From Octopus vulgaris (taxonomy: Eukaryota), in assembly GCA_951406725.2 (NCBI GenBank), contig OX597827.1, positions 54,126,001 to 54,190,000 of the forward strand: a stretch of 64,000 nucleotides of DNA. Direction: 5' to 3'. Shown one piece after another: positions 39,388 to 52,590 of this stretch (within the stretch, counting starts at the first letter, position 1; every line of letters starts with the position of its first letter). Below the pieces are notes generated by a model. That model did no database searches. It worked only from the letters and a program-made list of their open reading frames with translations, and was not told where the DNA came from. The position numbers were made by a program, and so were the translations under genes.

Positions 39388-40738
39388 TAATAAAATAAAC
39401 AAATTTTTCAATATAATTGGAAAGTTCATTTGTTTTTCATTTGCAGACCCCCCTCTCTATGGCAAACTGCTCAACTATGATATAAGAGAGGTTAATTACT
39501 TTAGGTTGAAGAAATAAATCCATGTACAATGTGAGGTAGTGTTGTACTTTAATAAACAGAGAAACGTCTTGTCCATTGATTACTGCTCCACCATTTCACT
39601 TCATCTCCAACACAACCATAAAACATGTTTTTATTTTATTCATATACACTTTGTACATATTATACAGAGATGACTTAACCTACTTTTACAGGAAAAATTA
39701 TAATTCTGGAGAGGCTATATGTGGTAGAGGGGCAATAGTTTATGCCTGTATGTGTGTGTGTGGGTAGTGTATGTGTGTGTATATATATATATGTATTTGT
39801 AATGGCATAATGAGAACAGCACAAGACTCTTTTTATAAGAAATTTGGTATGTAAAAATATAATCTTTCAGAATGTTTTCTCTTTCTAAACTCTTGAAGCT
39901 GGTCTCCACCATTGATATTCTCTAGACATGTAGATATTAAATATCAACTGAGACTGTATTGTCATGTCGCTGTGAAAGAAGTCTGTGAGTATCTTAATAC
40001 ACATATACACACAATTGCTAATTTAAAAGGAAAAAAAAAATTCAGAAAAATTAAATTGTATCTTAGTGTAAATATTTGCGAATTAGAGACTATAATCTGG
40101 TTGTTAAATGATAATTTTTAAAAATTTGTGCTTCATTAATCTTCAAAGCTGATAAAACTATTTTGAATTTTTACAATTGTGTGTGTATGTGTAGGGTTAG
40201 AAGAAATGTAAATAATGTATATAATTACTTCATTTCTTTTTTCTGTGGTATCTTGCCATTTTAACACAGCTAGATGTACAAACAGATGAGTACTTCTCAA
40301 CCTTTTTTTTTAATTCTTGCCCCTTTTTCTTTTTTACTAATGCATTTTTAACAGCCTTTCGCTGTAAATCAATAGGCTGCCTAATGCCATAAGTGCAGTG
40401 GATCTCTTTATTATATGTAAGGAAATATCCACAAATATTGACGATGGCCTTTAAACTATAATTTATTGTTTACACTTTACATGCATTGGTGATATAGATT
40501 TGGTTTTGTTTATTTACACTTCAAGGTCTATCCTTGTTGTTTATGTTGTCATTGTGTCAGTCTTTGTTGTGATTGTGGCTAACATGCAGGTTATTATGGT
40601 ATTACATTTAAAACTTTCTTAAAGTTAATATTCAAATAGGAGCCAAACACTAAAACAATTTGTACAGGTGTATCTACCACCACCCTCTCATTGCCTCTTT
40701 GTCCCCAGTACACATGTTAAATTTTCCATTGCCTAGAC

Positions 40739-40962
40739 TAATGGTTCTCAAGATTTTGTAGTTGAAATTTATCAGCAATAAATTGGTTATACTTCTACAA
40801 TACTCAAAATATTTTTAAAATTTTCTGTTATACAATTCCTAATAATATTTAATTGTAAAAATATAGTATGATTCTTTAAAAATATCAAATGGCTATCAGG
40901 GTCCAGTAGAGTAAAATAGGAATCAAAGGGGTCCATAGGTAAAAAATGGTTGAGAAACACTG
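40739..40962. mobile_element. hAT (Charlie-like) MITE with 8-bp TSD
   Basis: TAATGGTTCTCAA ... TTGAGAAACACTG, flanked by GCCTAGAC (40731-40738) and GCCTGGAC (40963-40970). Confidence 0.88.
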
Positions 40963-43900
40963 GCCTGGACCATTGCTCCACAACCTTTTTCACTTGCAGT
41001 AGACTTATATTCTTTTTGAAATTCAGCAGCACACCTGAACTAAAAATATAACTAAAAGTATGGAGGTAGGGAAAGTATATTCAAGTTGCACTGCAGAACA
41101 CCTGGCAACGTTTTGTGGCATACCAGTGTGCTGCAGCACACTGATTGCAGAGAATAACATGCTACACTGAGAATAACATGCTACACTGAAATTGAAAGTT
41201 ATATATAAAGACATACACACATTGTCACAAACATATACACACTGGATATTAGTCTAGTGGAATTCCATTTTATATCCACACCCTGTTTACTCTTATCTAT
41301 CCACCAAATCCTCCTCGCCATCATCATCAGTATCATCATTTAATGTCCTTCTTTATTGGCATGGGTGTCTTTATAAGTGATAGTCTCAGTCTGTTTTTGT
41401 GTGCATCATAATTAAAGAACTGTACTATAAGAAATATATATTTACGTCAAATTCTGCAAGCTTAATCTTTTTAACCTTTTGCATGGTACTACAACAATAG
41501 ATATCAAGTAAGCTTAAAAATATGGGGGGAAAAATGTAAGTATATGGCTGTATAAATAGTTGCTCAAACATGATGAAAGTATATAATTTTATAGTTTTAA
41601 CCATTTGAATACCAACTTGCATGAGACTGTCTTTGATTCTATGGTACAAAAGTTACTCCTTGGAAATGTTCATATTTAAATTAAAACCTGTTATTGAAGT
41701 TCGTTTTAAGTTATGTTCTAAGCACTACTTTGATAATGAAAAGGTTAATTATTTTACTGAATACCTCCAAAAGTATCAATTATTTTCAGAATTAATCAAA
41801 ATACATAGGCTTTGTATTTTATTAGAAACATGACTGTAAAACAACTAAAATGAAATTTGAAGAGACAAGTGATATTTTGCATTTATTTGAAACAATTATA
41901 AAGATGATTTTCTTTTTTTAATGCAAAGTCAGCCCTGAAACAGCAGACCAGCATGTTCCCTTCTAAAAATTATTTTTGTTAAATAAATTATTACTTTTAG
42001 TGGCAATAAAACTGGAGAAAATAGATAAATTTATCAACTCTCATAGTTGTTAATATATATAATATGTAACATGTATATTATATAATATATATATATAACA
42101 TAATATATATAATATGTAACATGTTCAACCACTATTTAATATATTGGTAAACTGTACTGGCTGATAAATCTGTCAATATTTTTGCATAGAGTTCTTTGGC
42201 GTACAACTACTATTAAATTTTGTTGACACTGTATAAATATCTCCTGACATCAATAACTCTCCTCCTATTGATACACTTTAGTCTAGCATTTCATTTTTTA
42301 TTATAACTTTTAGAAATTTTTTTCATTTTATCAAGATTCCAAATTTGGGTTTGTGTTGTAAATCTTGCAATGTTACCATTATCTTCGAGCATTATTAGCA
42401 ACACTTTGGGGTGGAGCTGTTCTTGTTAAAAGGTTATTTTTCATTTCAGTTGCTAGTATTGAGATGATTTCTTTTAGCATTAACAAAAAACGCTTACTTT
42501 AGAAAGTAGGTTGGAATAAAATGGATTAAATTATCTCCATTATATTTTTAACTCAGAGAGGGGTATCTACTACAATGAGATTTGAACTCAGAACAATAAG
42601 ATATTGAATTGTTTCTTTAAATTTTGTGTGGAATTGAATTTATCAAAAATATTTCTACACTAACTATATTGCTATTGTGAAATCATTTTAAACATGGTAA
42701 TTGAGTTAGATCTGCAAATTCATAAATTTGCTTCAATTTCTATATAATTGTTTTACCATCAGCTGTCTTTTAACTACAACTACTCAAGTGTGACATGGAA
42801 AATGATGGTGAATTCTCAACTAAAGAAAACAGACAGGGAAAGTGTATTTTTGAAGTGTCAAATGTAGGATTTGAATTCATGGCTTTTTGTTATCAGTTAG
42901 CATTTCCTACTCAATTACAACTGCACTGAACAACATTTTATATCACTGATAGTAACATTTAATGCAGAATTGGTTATTGATGTGCAATATGTAATGTAAA
43001 GATGCTGCTTCTGAAGTTTTAGTATGGTCTCGGTCTTCAACATTGCTTTCATGAAGAAAAAGAAAAGGAAAAAAATCAAATAGTAGATAAATTTTTTTAC
43101 TGGGTTGGATGATAATTCATCATTATAATATTTTCAAATACTCAGCCCGAAAGCAATGAAATGTTCACAGCAGATTTGAACCCTCAGTCTATGAATAAAT
43201 ATACCAATATCATATTTGCCTATTTTTCCTTTACAATGCTTGTTAGAATTATAACAAATGTGAAAAATGCAAGCATAGACTAACTAAACCCCTTTCTTTC
43301 ATTAACAGGTCTTGTCATTAAATCAAGGTTATCAAATAACATCATGTTGAAGGATTTTCCCACCATTAATTTTTTTTATTCCCTGAAAAAATTTCATTTC
43401 AGCATTATAGATCACCAAACAACACATAAATTCTTAAGTCAATGCAATAGCAATGAAATTTCCCTGATGCATCCTATCATCTTGAAAAAGGAAAGTATTG
43501 GATTATGTAGTTCTAAATACTCTATTAACAACAACAACAACAACAACAAAGACAGTTACAGCTTTTGATCACAATGGCTATTTGATCATGTTTGATTTGA
43601 TCCTAAACAATAGCAATCTATTTTTAGTTTGGTCAATATTCCATTACTGAGTCACTCATATTTTTATTTTTTATTCCTACTTTGCATTTCATAGGAGGTG
43701 GGACAGGGAATGTTGAAGCCCTTTGCTAGGTTACAATATAGCCTAAATAATGAAATATAAAGCCATAACACTTTCAGAAGACAGCTTGCAGTTTGTCTAT
43801 TACAATTATAATGTACAAATCCAGGAGATCCAAGAATATAATGATATAAGCATAGAAAGAATTTATGATAGCTTTTCACTCATTCAATTTATATGCACTA

Positions 43901-44041
43901 TTGTATTACAATAACTGGCAAGAATAGCATCTCTGTCTGTTGCATCTGCCTTCTAAATTTAGCAATATTTATATTCAGCCTAATATTAGTATTTTTCTAT
44001 AGTCTTTGAATCTAGATAATGCTTACTAGCAAGCTGGCACC

Positions 44042-44046
<5 letters not shown>

Positions 44047-44108
<62 letters not shown>
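44047..44108. repeat. (CT)n microsatellite
   Basis: Direct reading. Confidence 0.95.
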
Positions 44109-44111
<3 letters not shown>

Positions 44112-44379
44112 CATTACCTCCATATATCCTGTCTGCAGTTTTTTTTCTCTTCATATATTTGTCTTGTCTCCCTGTTTGCTACCTCTATTACTCTTCTTTG
44201 TGTCTGCATGCTTGTTTTTATTCCCAGCATCTCCTATTCCTCTTCCTGTCTTTTGTCTCCTGCCTATTCTGTCTTCTTTGTCTTTGTCTGGCACCCTTTT
44301 TTCATATTTTTAATATTATTTTTCTTTAGATGTATGTGTTTATGTGTACGATGTAGTTCATATGTGTTTGTAAATGTCA

Positions 44380-44850
44380 ATCTGACTGTGTCAATTGGTC
44401 AATTATATTCCTGGGGTAGAAGGCTGAATGGAATATATTATACAGGGTTTATAGTGGAAAAATCATAGAAGGTATGGCTATAGCACAAATGGTGGGTACA
44501 TCAAGTAGGCATTGACAGGTGCCATTATAACTTGCTAGTTCTGAGAAACAATGTAATAATAATATAAAAGGTAGAGTATAAACAGTATATCCATGTAGTA
44601 TTATTGGCTGTTGAAGGTTTAGTAATCAATAAGATATCTATTTTTTGGATGTAATTCTGTAATATTTTCTTATAAATGTTTGTGTAAAGCTGCTCCATCC
44701 AGATATGTGAGCAGTGCTTTAATCTTATGATTTAAACTTCTATTGTGTAGAAAGCTGTGTTAATGCATTTTCTGACCCTAGATTAGAATTCTAGTCTTTG
44801 AAGTGCAGTTTTTGCTGCTATTGTCCTGTTGTCAACATGAAAAGTCATCA
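44380..44850 (-). mobile_element. CR1/Jockey-type LINE post-RT remnant
   Basis: Minus strand reads IAAKTALQRLEF*SRVRK, KHCSHIW/DGAA (like EYCSHIWDGA) and LYLLYYYY..SELAS, with frameshifts. Confidence 0.65.
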
Positions 44851-45029
44851 GAGATAGTGAGATCTTGTATTTTCAAAGCTTCTAGATAGGTACTGTTCAT
44901 TTAGGCTGGTAGATAAGACCTGCCTCAGAAAAAGGCTACTGCATAGTGAAGACTATATACTGAAGAAAGTCTGGATGGGTCAAAAAGACTGAACCCCAAG
45001 TTACACCATCATTAATAAAATAAGTTTAT

Positions 45030-45590
45030 GACATCTCAAGCATCATCAAACAGCAAGATAAAAATATTCACAGATGATTTCAAGCTCCAGAAGATTGTCA
45101 ATGAAGAAGATCAAACTGAGCTCCAGTCTGATCTGCATGCTGTAAGCCAATAGTAGACAAAAACAACATGCAGTTAAATGAGGGGAAATTTGAACTTATG
45201 CACTCTGGAAAAAAAGAATATCCTCAAACAACCATATCCTCTTCCTTCAGGGGAACTACTCACAGCATCCAATAATGTCAGGAACCTAGGAGTGATTGTT
45301 AATCTCAGCTGGAGTGTTCACATCATCAATAAAGTCGATATGGCTCGCAGAATGAGTTCCTGGATGCCCAAAACTTTCTGGCCCAGAGAGCAAGATGATG
45401 TCATTCCCCTTTTCTTCTCAGTACAGCCACACCAAACAAAACATTATGAGAATTGAGTCACTCCAGAGAGCAATTAGTAAAAATAAAATTAAAAGACATG
45501 ACTGATCTTGATTATTGGAACCACCTTAAAACATTGAAACTTTATTCTCTCCAGTACCACCATGAGCACTGCATCATTTGCGACTTAAGA
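45030..45590 (+). mobile_element. CR1/L2-group LINE reverse transcriptase remnant
   Basis: SKIKIFTDDFKLQKIVNEEDQTELQSDLHAVSQ* ... KNNMQLNEGKFELMH ... VRNLGVIVNLSWSVHI, covering the FADD motif and the downstream LQ.DL..W...N.M..N..K and LGV motifs. Confidence 0.88.
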
Positions 45591-45773
45591 GATCCTCTCA
45601 GGTGGTGCTATTAAGTTAGACATGGTCTGCGCCAGTCTTTGGCCAACCCATATCTAAATTATTTAATTGCAATAGAGTTATTTGACAAGAAGCTTCTAGA
45701 AGTGAGCAAAAGCAGCAAGTCAATGAGTGTTGCCATTTCTTGAAGATGAGAGAAACCTTGGTATGATTCTATA

Positions 45774-46007
45774 AAGGCAGCAAGCTGGCAGAAACATTAG
45801 CACGCCGGGCGAAATGTCTAGCGGTATTTTGTCTGCCGTTACATTCTGAGTTCAAATTCCGCCGAGGTCGACTTTGCCTTTCATCCTTTCAGGGTCGATA
45901 AATTAAGTACCAGTTACGCACTGGGGTCGATGTAATCGACTTAATCCGTTTGTCTGTCCTTGTTTGTCCACTCTATGTTTAGCCCCTTGTGGGTAGTAAA
46001 AGAAATA
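45774..46007 (+). mobile_element. SINE family B, young copy with alternative 3' tail
   Basis: CpG-rich head (CACGCCGGGCGAAATG, GAGTTCAAATTCCGCCGAGGTCGAC). Perfect 9-bp TSD GATTCTATA at 45765-45773 and 46008-46016. Confidence 0.95.
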
Positions 46008-46820
46008 GATTCTATATATTGTTGTAGATAACTATTGAGAAAAAGTCTGAAGATAAAAAGCCTGCATATGTGTAGACTTTGGGTTCTGCATGAGTGAAGA
46101 AACGAAAGGTTTATAAAGGGTTGTGTGACAGGTAATGGGGAATGGGCAGATGTGTGGGAGTGGGGTAGTGGGTGAGAGTGGGTGTGTATAAGTATAGAAT
46201 GGTGTTAGATGTTAAGCAGACAGTAAATATGTTGACTCGATCCGTCACTTTGCTGGCATCAATCTTTCTCAAGGTGCAGTGACTGTAAGCTACTTGTTTA
46301 CATCTTAATTTACCACCTTAGACTCAGTGTAAATATTTTAATTTGTCAAGCTTTTAACAATTTTCATTTTTTTTTTATATTGACAGAGAAAGTTAGTGTA
46401 CACTTAATTAAAGTGACTGAATGCTAAAATTATTTATTCTTTTTATTTTCTTTGAAATTGTACTAAAGGAATAAACTGTGAGTTCAGTAGCTGGAAGAAA
46501 TAGACATGGTTAATAGATTTGCCATTTTTATTTCATTATTTTGTGGAAATTTGTTTATGTATATGTGTGTGTGTGTGTAATATCAACATTGGCTGTTCCT
46601 CATGTCTGAGAATTTCGATTTTCTCTTGATTGGTTTTGATTACTGAGAAGGCCAACCTTTATATAAAACAGGCATGAACAAAGATGGTAAGGACGATTGC
46701 TAGAGAACATAGTTGTTGTATCTTGCAGTTTGCTTTTCAACTTTTTTTTTAGTTGTCTTCAAAAAGGTCAATCTCAATAGTGATAAGGTGATGTGATTTG
46801 GAAAAGTTTTGGGTTCCCAC

Positions 46821-46854
<34 letters not shown>

Positions 46855-46855
<1 letters not shown>

Positions 46856-47002
46856 CTTCCATACAGTTTCTATCCACCAGCTTGACTTAGAAAATATTGA
46901 TCAACTCAATTCTGTGGAAGAAAACACTTGTTCAAGGTACAATTATGGTGAGACTGAATCCAGTGGCATGTATTTCCAAAGCAAAATTCTTAACCATGCT
47001 TC
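46855..47002 (-). mobile_element. SINE family A degenerate 5' part
   Basis: CAGTTTCTATCCACCA...ACACTTGTTCAAGGTAC...GACTGAATCC...TTCTTAACCA. Confidence 0.6.
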
Positions 47003-47164
47003 TGTATGTGTGTGTAAATAGAGGAACCCAGGTCTGTTCCAACTGACTTGATTCAATTACTACCAGAACTGACTTTTTTGAAATCAAAGGGAAAAAGAAA
47101 ATTTGAAGAAAAATGTATAGAATGTAAAGTGCAACAACCACAACACTCTCCATCAACTCTTCAT

Positions 47165-47400
47165 ATATCATCATCATTTTTTTAACACCCACTTTTCCCT
47201 GCTTGCATTGGTTGGACAGTGTATAGTGAGGCAGATTTTCTCTGGTTATATGCTCTTCCTGTCTCCAAGCATCACCTTAGCAAGCTAATATTTCCCATGG
47301 CCAAGCTTGTATTCACAGAATATTCAAAACAAATGGTGTTGCTTGTATGGCAGTGACACTCATTTACAACTGTTACCCAATGTCAAGACAAGGAAACACA
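47165..47400 (-). mobile_element. RTE-tail-related element, variant body
   Basis: (CAT)n-TTTAACACCCACTTTTCCCTGCTTGCATTGGTTGGAC, then GATTTTC..GG.TATATGCTCTTCCTGTCTCCAA. Confidence 0.55.
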
Positions 47401-50297
47401 AATACACACACACTTTCATGGATTCAGGTATATCTGCAAGGGAGTATATGGAGACAGTAACAGCAAAAAATGTTATTAATGAATGTAACCATTTTTATTG
47501 TTTTTGCCTGTTCCCTTTATATCACGAAGAAATGTCAATATTTTGAAATTGATACAAAATAATAATGGACAAATTAGCCTCTGTGTATTGCTTTGAAAAA
47601 CATTGACAACTATTGCTTCCTTAGCAATGAGGCAAAAAGCTTTTAGTCTAATGGATAACTTAATGATTGATGCACTATCATATACTGGCTCTAGATCTTC
47701 TACTGAAAATGTAAACATTAAAAAAAAAAATAGCATAGTTTTATTTTGTATTTTTAAAATGTTTTTTGTCTAAAAGAAGTTTCTATGGTGGACACAGAAA
47801 ATGTCTATGCAAAACGTTTATGTAAATTCACCAAAATCTTAATGCTAAACTTGCTGATTTTCTTGTCACCTATTTAGCTTCGTTTCATTGTGTGTTGATT
47901 CTGTTTGTGAAACTCTTAGTTGACTTAATATTCATTAATGTGCTCTTTTTTATCACCAACATTTTCCATTGTAAAATCTAAATAGTTGTTTTTTTTATTG
48001 ATTGTGTATAAGTTGTGTATTATATTGCATTAATATACATTTACAGTTGGATGCACTTCCTTATGCTAGCCAGTGAACTGTAAAATAGAGGTGATAGCTA
48101 TTTTCCAGTCTATCTGACTGATGCAAGTAGAGGATTGTACCTTTCATAAGGGGTGTAATGTGTGCTGATACAGATATTTGAACTTGATATTTACAGTCTG
48201 GTACTTCAGCAGCGTTTATCTTCCAGCATTGGAATTTTTTTTTTTCTATGATTAAAATTTGAAAGCTGAAGAAAACAAGATAAAATCAGTCATGGTTAAA
48301 AAATTACGTGAGCTATTTGTGAAATTATATGAAAAATATATTTGTTTTAGAATCTTTTATGTAACTTTTTTTTAGAATAATTCATATATATGTAGTCTTT
48401 CTACTATCCAGACATGTTATAAGTATCAGTTATATACTATGATTGAATAAAACAACTATACATCTTTTGACAAAATATTATGCTCTGAAAAACTCATTAC
48501 TGTTATAATTTGTATATCAGTGACCATGGCTGTACCCAAACCAGGACCACAGGGAAACTATCTTGGCTGTGATGCAATATCCACTTACATACTCCTATGC
48601 TTAATACCTCCTGTTGTTTATAGTAACATGAAGTTTCTCAATGACAGCACTGCTTTACCAAATGATATATTCACATCAGGAAAGCAGTTACACACCTTTA
48701 TCCCTCTCATAGTTCTCTTTAGAAACTTTTGGATTTTTGTTTTGTCATGCAATATATAGAAATTAAGTGAATACATATGTTACTGCCAGTCTCACATTTA
48801 GAGTAATGTGATTGTGAATTTCATTGCCCTTACAACTTCCAGCTGAATGAAAAAGACATGCATTCACAGAATTCTTTACATATATTGCCGTATATAATGT
48901 CTTCCAATTAACATGCGGTTTTTCTTCCTTTTTATCCAGTATATCTATAATCAGCAGAAACAAAATCAAAAACGTTTTATATTTGAATATCCTAATAACT
49001 TCAGGAAAATGTTATAATTAATGAGACATTCTATTTATAAAATATCAATTCAAACTGCATAGCCTTGTTAATAAGTATTTTATTCACAATGGATGATAAA
49101 TTCCACTTCTCGTGTGACTCAGATATCTGGGGAAATGTGCATTAGGAGAAAATATTGAATAGTTTGGAGTTGGAGACAGACAAATTAAACAAGGCGAAGT
49201 TTTCTATTCTCTTGTTCATTTAGTAGGCCAAGTGGATCATTTGTAACATGTATTGAGGCAGGACACCTAATCTTATATGCCTAGGCTCACCTAGAGGTCA
49301 GCACAGCTATTGGATTATCTAGGAGTAATAGCCACAGTCGACTGGCATGCTATCTCATCTGCATAACACCATGAAACCGGAGTTAGGGGCCAGCATTAAA
49401 TTTGCATTTAATACTTGGGATTAATAAGAACTGCTATATCATCATCAACCTCAGTAATATGCTAATGCATGGTTCATATCAACATTTGCCCTGTGTCACA
49501 TTAGGATTAATCTGCTGCAAAATGTAATGATACTTTTAGATTAGCCTATTCATATTTGTGAACTCAAGGAGTAAAGGAAAGATAAAAAGAAGACAAGAAA
49601 ATATAAAAGTGAAGAAGTCATTTTATTAAATGCTTATCTAAGTCTGTTGGAATGTTTAATGTGTTTGTGTCTTGATTTTAAAAAAAATTCATTTAGAAAA
49701 GCAATTAAAATATCAAAGAGTAACAAAAACAAAACATGCATAATATTTACACAAGATATTTGTGCTAGTGAGCCAAAGATCAATGTTTTCATTATTCACA
49801 GCATTAAAATCAATATCTTTTTATCAATGGTTTTTAGCTCTATAAGCCAGCATGTCAGTTCATAATTTCATTGTAGCACTATATTAGCCAACAATAAACT
49901 GAATTAAGTGAATATTGATTGCAAAAAAGTGTATATAAATAGATATATATGAAAAGAAAAACCTGCTGATGTCATTATTGTTATTTTATTATTATTTGTG
50001 GTCTGATAGAAAGATGATTATTATTATTATTCCAGTAGTCTTATTTTTATTGCATGCTCTTACTGCATAATTGAGCATAGCTTCATGTGTTTTGGCTATG
50101 AGCACTGTAGGTTTTAATTTCATTTATTGAGAGTACTTTATGTAATATCTAGAAGTGCTACGTTCAGTAAAATATATATGGATTTTTGTTATATATTTGT
50201 ACTTTTTTTTTATCAATTGCAAACTATCTATTATCACTAGGATTAGATCTGTCTTACAATTCTTCCATTCAAACCACCTCTATTACCAGAGCTTTAC

Positions 50298-50298
<1 letters not shown>

Positions 50299-50332
<34 letters not shown>

Positions 50333-50402
50333 TTATTATTATTATTATTATTATCATTATTATTATTATTATTATTATTTCTATTCTTCTTCTTCTTCTT
50401 CT
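50299..50402. repeat. (CTT)n(ATT)n(CTT)n compound microsatellite
   Basis: Direct reading. Confidence 0.95.
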
Positions 50403-50771
50403 ACAACATAAAGTGTCTCAATCTTAGCCCAACATAACCAAGTAAGAATCAAAGTAAAAAAGCTTTTTGGGAAATATGACTGTAAAAATTCAAAAGTAAA
50501 TGCTCAAACTGACTGTGGAGGTATTAAGTGCTGAATACAGAAATTGATATTGTCAGAATGTTTATAGTGTAGTAGTAGTTACACTGGATCCACAGAGGGG
50601 ATTCATGGATTTGACTCCCACTGGACCCTTACTTTTTATTCACTTCTGTGGTTTACTTTGTGTTTTGGTGTCACTGTTTAAAAATGTAAACACAAATTTA
50701 CTAATTCACACCAATGGAATGAAATATAACAAGAAAGAAAAAATATTATTATTATTGTTATTATTATTATT

Positions 50772-51590
50772 AAGGCATTGAGCTGGCAGAATTGTTAGCA
50801 TGCAAGATAAAATGGTTAGCGACATTTCATCTGTCTTCACGTTTTGAGTTCAGATTCTGCTGAGGTCAACTTTGCCTTTCATCCTTTCAGGGTTTATAAA
50901 ATAAGTATCAGTTGTGTACTGGTAGTGGTTTTTTATATTATTTTTCGATGTAATCACCTTTCCCCCTCTCTCCAAATTTCAGGCCTTGTACCTATAATTG
51001 AAAGGATTATTATTATTAAAGCATGAGCTGGCAGAATCATTAAAAGGCCAAGCAAAATGCTTAATGGCATTTCATGGGGTTGATGTAATTGACTTATCCC
51101 CTCTCCTGAAATTGCTGGCCTTGTGCCAAAATTTGAAAACATTATTACTATTATTATTAAAGTAGTTGACTTGCAGACATGTTAGCATGCCAAGCAAAAT
51201 GTTCAGGGGCATTTCGCCCGTCTTTACATTCTGAGTTCAAATTCCACTGGGATCACTTTTGGCTTTCATCCTTTCAGGGTCGCTAAAATAAGTAACAGTT
51301 GAAACTGGGGTCAATGTAATTGGCTTGCTCCCTCCCCTGAAACTGCTGGCCTTGTACCAAAGTTTGAAAATGATAGCAACCTGGCATAACCATTAGAGTA
51401 TTGGACAAAACATTTAGCAGCATTTCATCTGGTTCTGTACATTTTGAGTTCAAATCCTGCTGAGGTTAACGTTACCTTCCATCCTTTCAAGGTTGATAAG
51501 CCAATTGAACAAGGGGGCAGGAGTTCAATGTAATCAACTTTCTCCTTACCTTGAAATTGCTGGCCTTGTACCAAAGTTACCATTATTATT
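50772..51590 (+). mobile_element. Four head-to-tail SINE family B copies
   Basis: Heads (GAGCTGGCAGAA-like) start near 50772, 51018, 51159 and 51371. Each ends ..GGCCTTGT(A/G)CC.. and most carry an (ATT)n tail. Copy 2 lacks the B-box/core region. Confidence 0.92.
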
Positions 51591-52149
51591 CCAGGTCATC
51601 AAACCCCGGAAACAACTTCTTCCTCTTGTTCCAGTAACTTCCACCCACTTTCAGGTTCAACAATATCATCCTCTATCCTTCTCAGCTCCTCTCTTAGATC
51701 CTCCCTCACTGTTGCCTCTTTGAATTACCACACCTTCAGATTTGGTTAATATTTCATTTGCTAAGTTCCCTTCCCATCTTTCACCTCAGGTACCAAACAA
51801 ATGCATATTCCTGTGTTAGAACTTCCTCTCTTAGGATTACTATTGTATCTTGGTGTTTCTACCTCTCACCCATGTACCACCAGGTAATCAACAGTTAACA
51901 TGGACCACCTGATGTGTAAACAGATTTATCTACTTTCTAGAATTGATTAACAAACCAGCTCCATTGACACAACAAAATTCTTTCACTTTTCCATTCTAAA
52001 CTATACCTGCCCACATCCATCAAGGGCTCCCTCAAAAACTACCCTTTCTCCTTTCCACATGCTCATCATCATCATCATTTGATGTTCTTTTACCATGGTC
52101 CATGTGAATGCTTTCCCACCACCACCACCACAACAAGCTTTCTCATCTG

Positions 52150-52590
52150 ATAAAAAACATGAATATTTTTCATTGGTTTTTCCATTGCACACAAGGCCTA
52201 ATTTTTTGCTTCAACACCTTACCTATATCTGGAGTGTATCCTGAGTTGATATTCACCAAGAGCTTCAGTTTCACCACCGTCAATTTTCTACTCACTCTAA
52301 TCACACTCACTGCACCATCAATGACTCTACAGAAATCAAGGTGCAAACACCATACACACTTCCTGAACACCCTTGTCACACAAACTTGTCTTTCAATCCC
52401 TGGCTTCTCTTTACCACTTTCATACCAGTTTTCTTCCCTCTCATCTCCTGAATACTATAGGATGTACATGTTTCTTCAGACAATTACCTTCACTTCCTGT
52501 TATTTTCCTGACATCATCCTTACATTCCACTTCCCAAAACTTATAGTCTCCACATGTGACCTTGGGTACTTGGCCATCATAAATTGACTG
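52150..52590 (+). mobile_element. Possible very decayed LINE 3' region
   Basis: C-rich tract with QGLI..LQHLTYIW-like residue of KGLIRP.LEY.SHIW; weak. Confidence 0.3.

Noticed and set aside
41150-41187. 19-bp tandem duplication (similar ones at about 11615-11642 and 37070-37115)
   Set aside because: Ordinary slippage duplications with no further structure.
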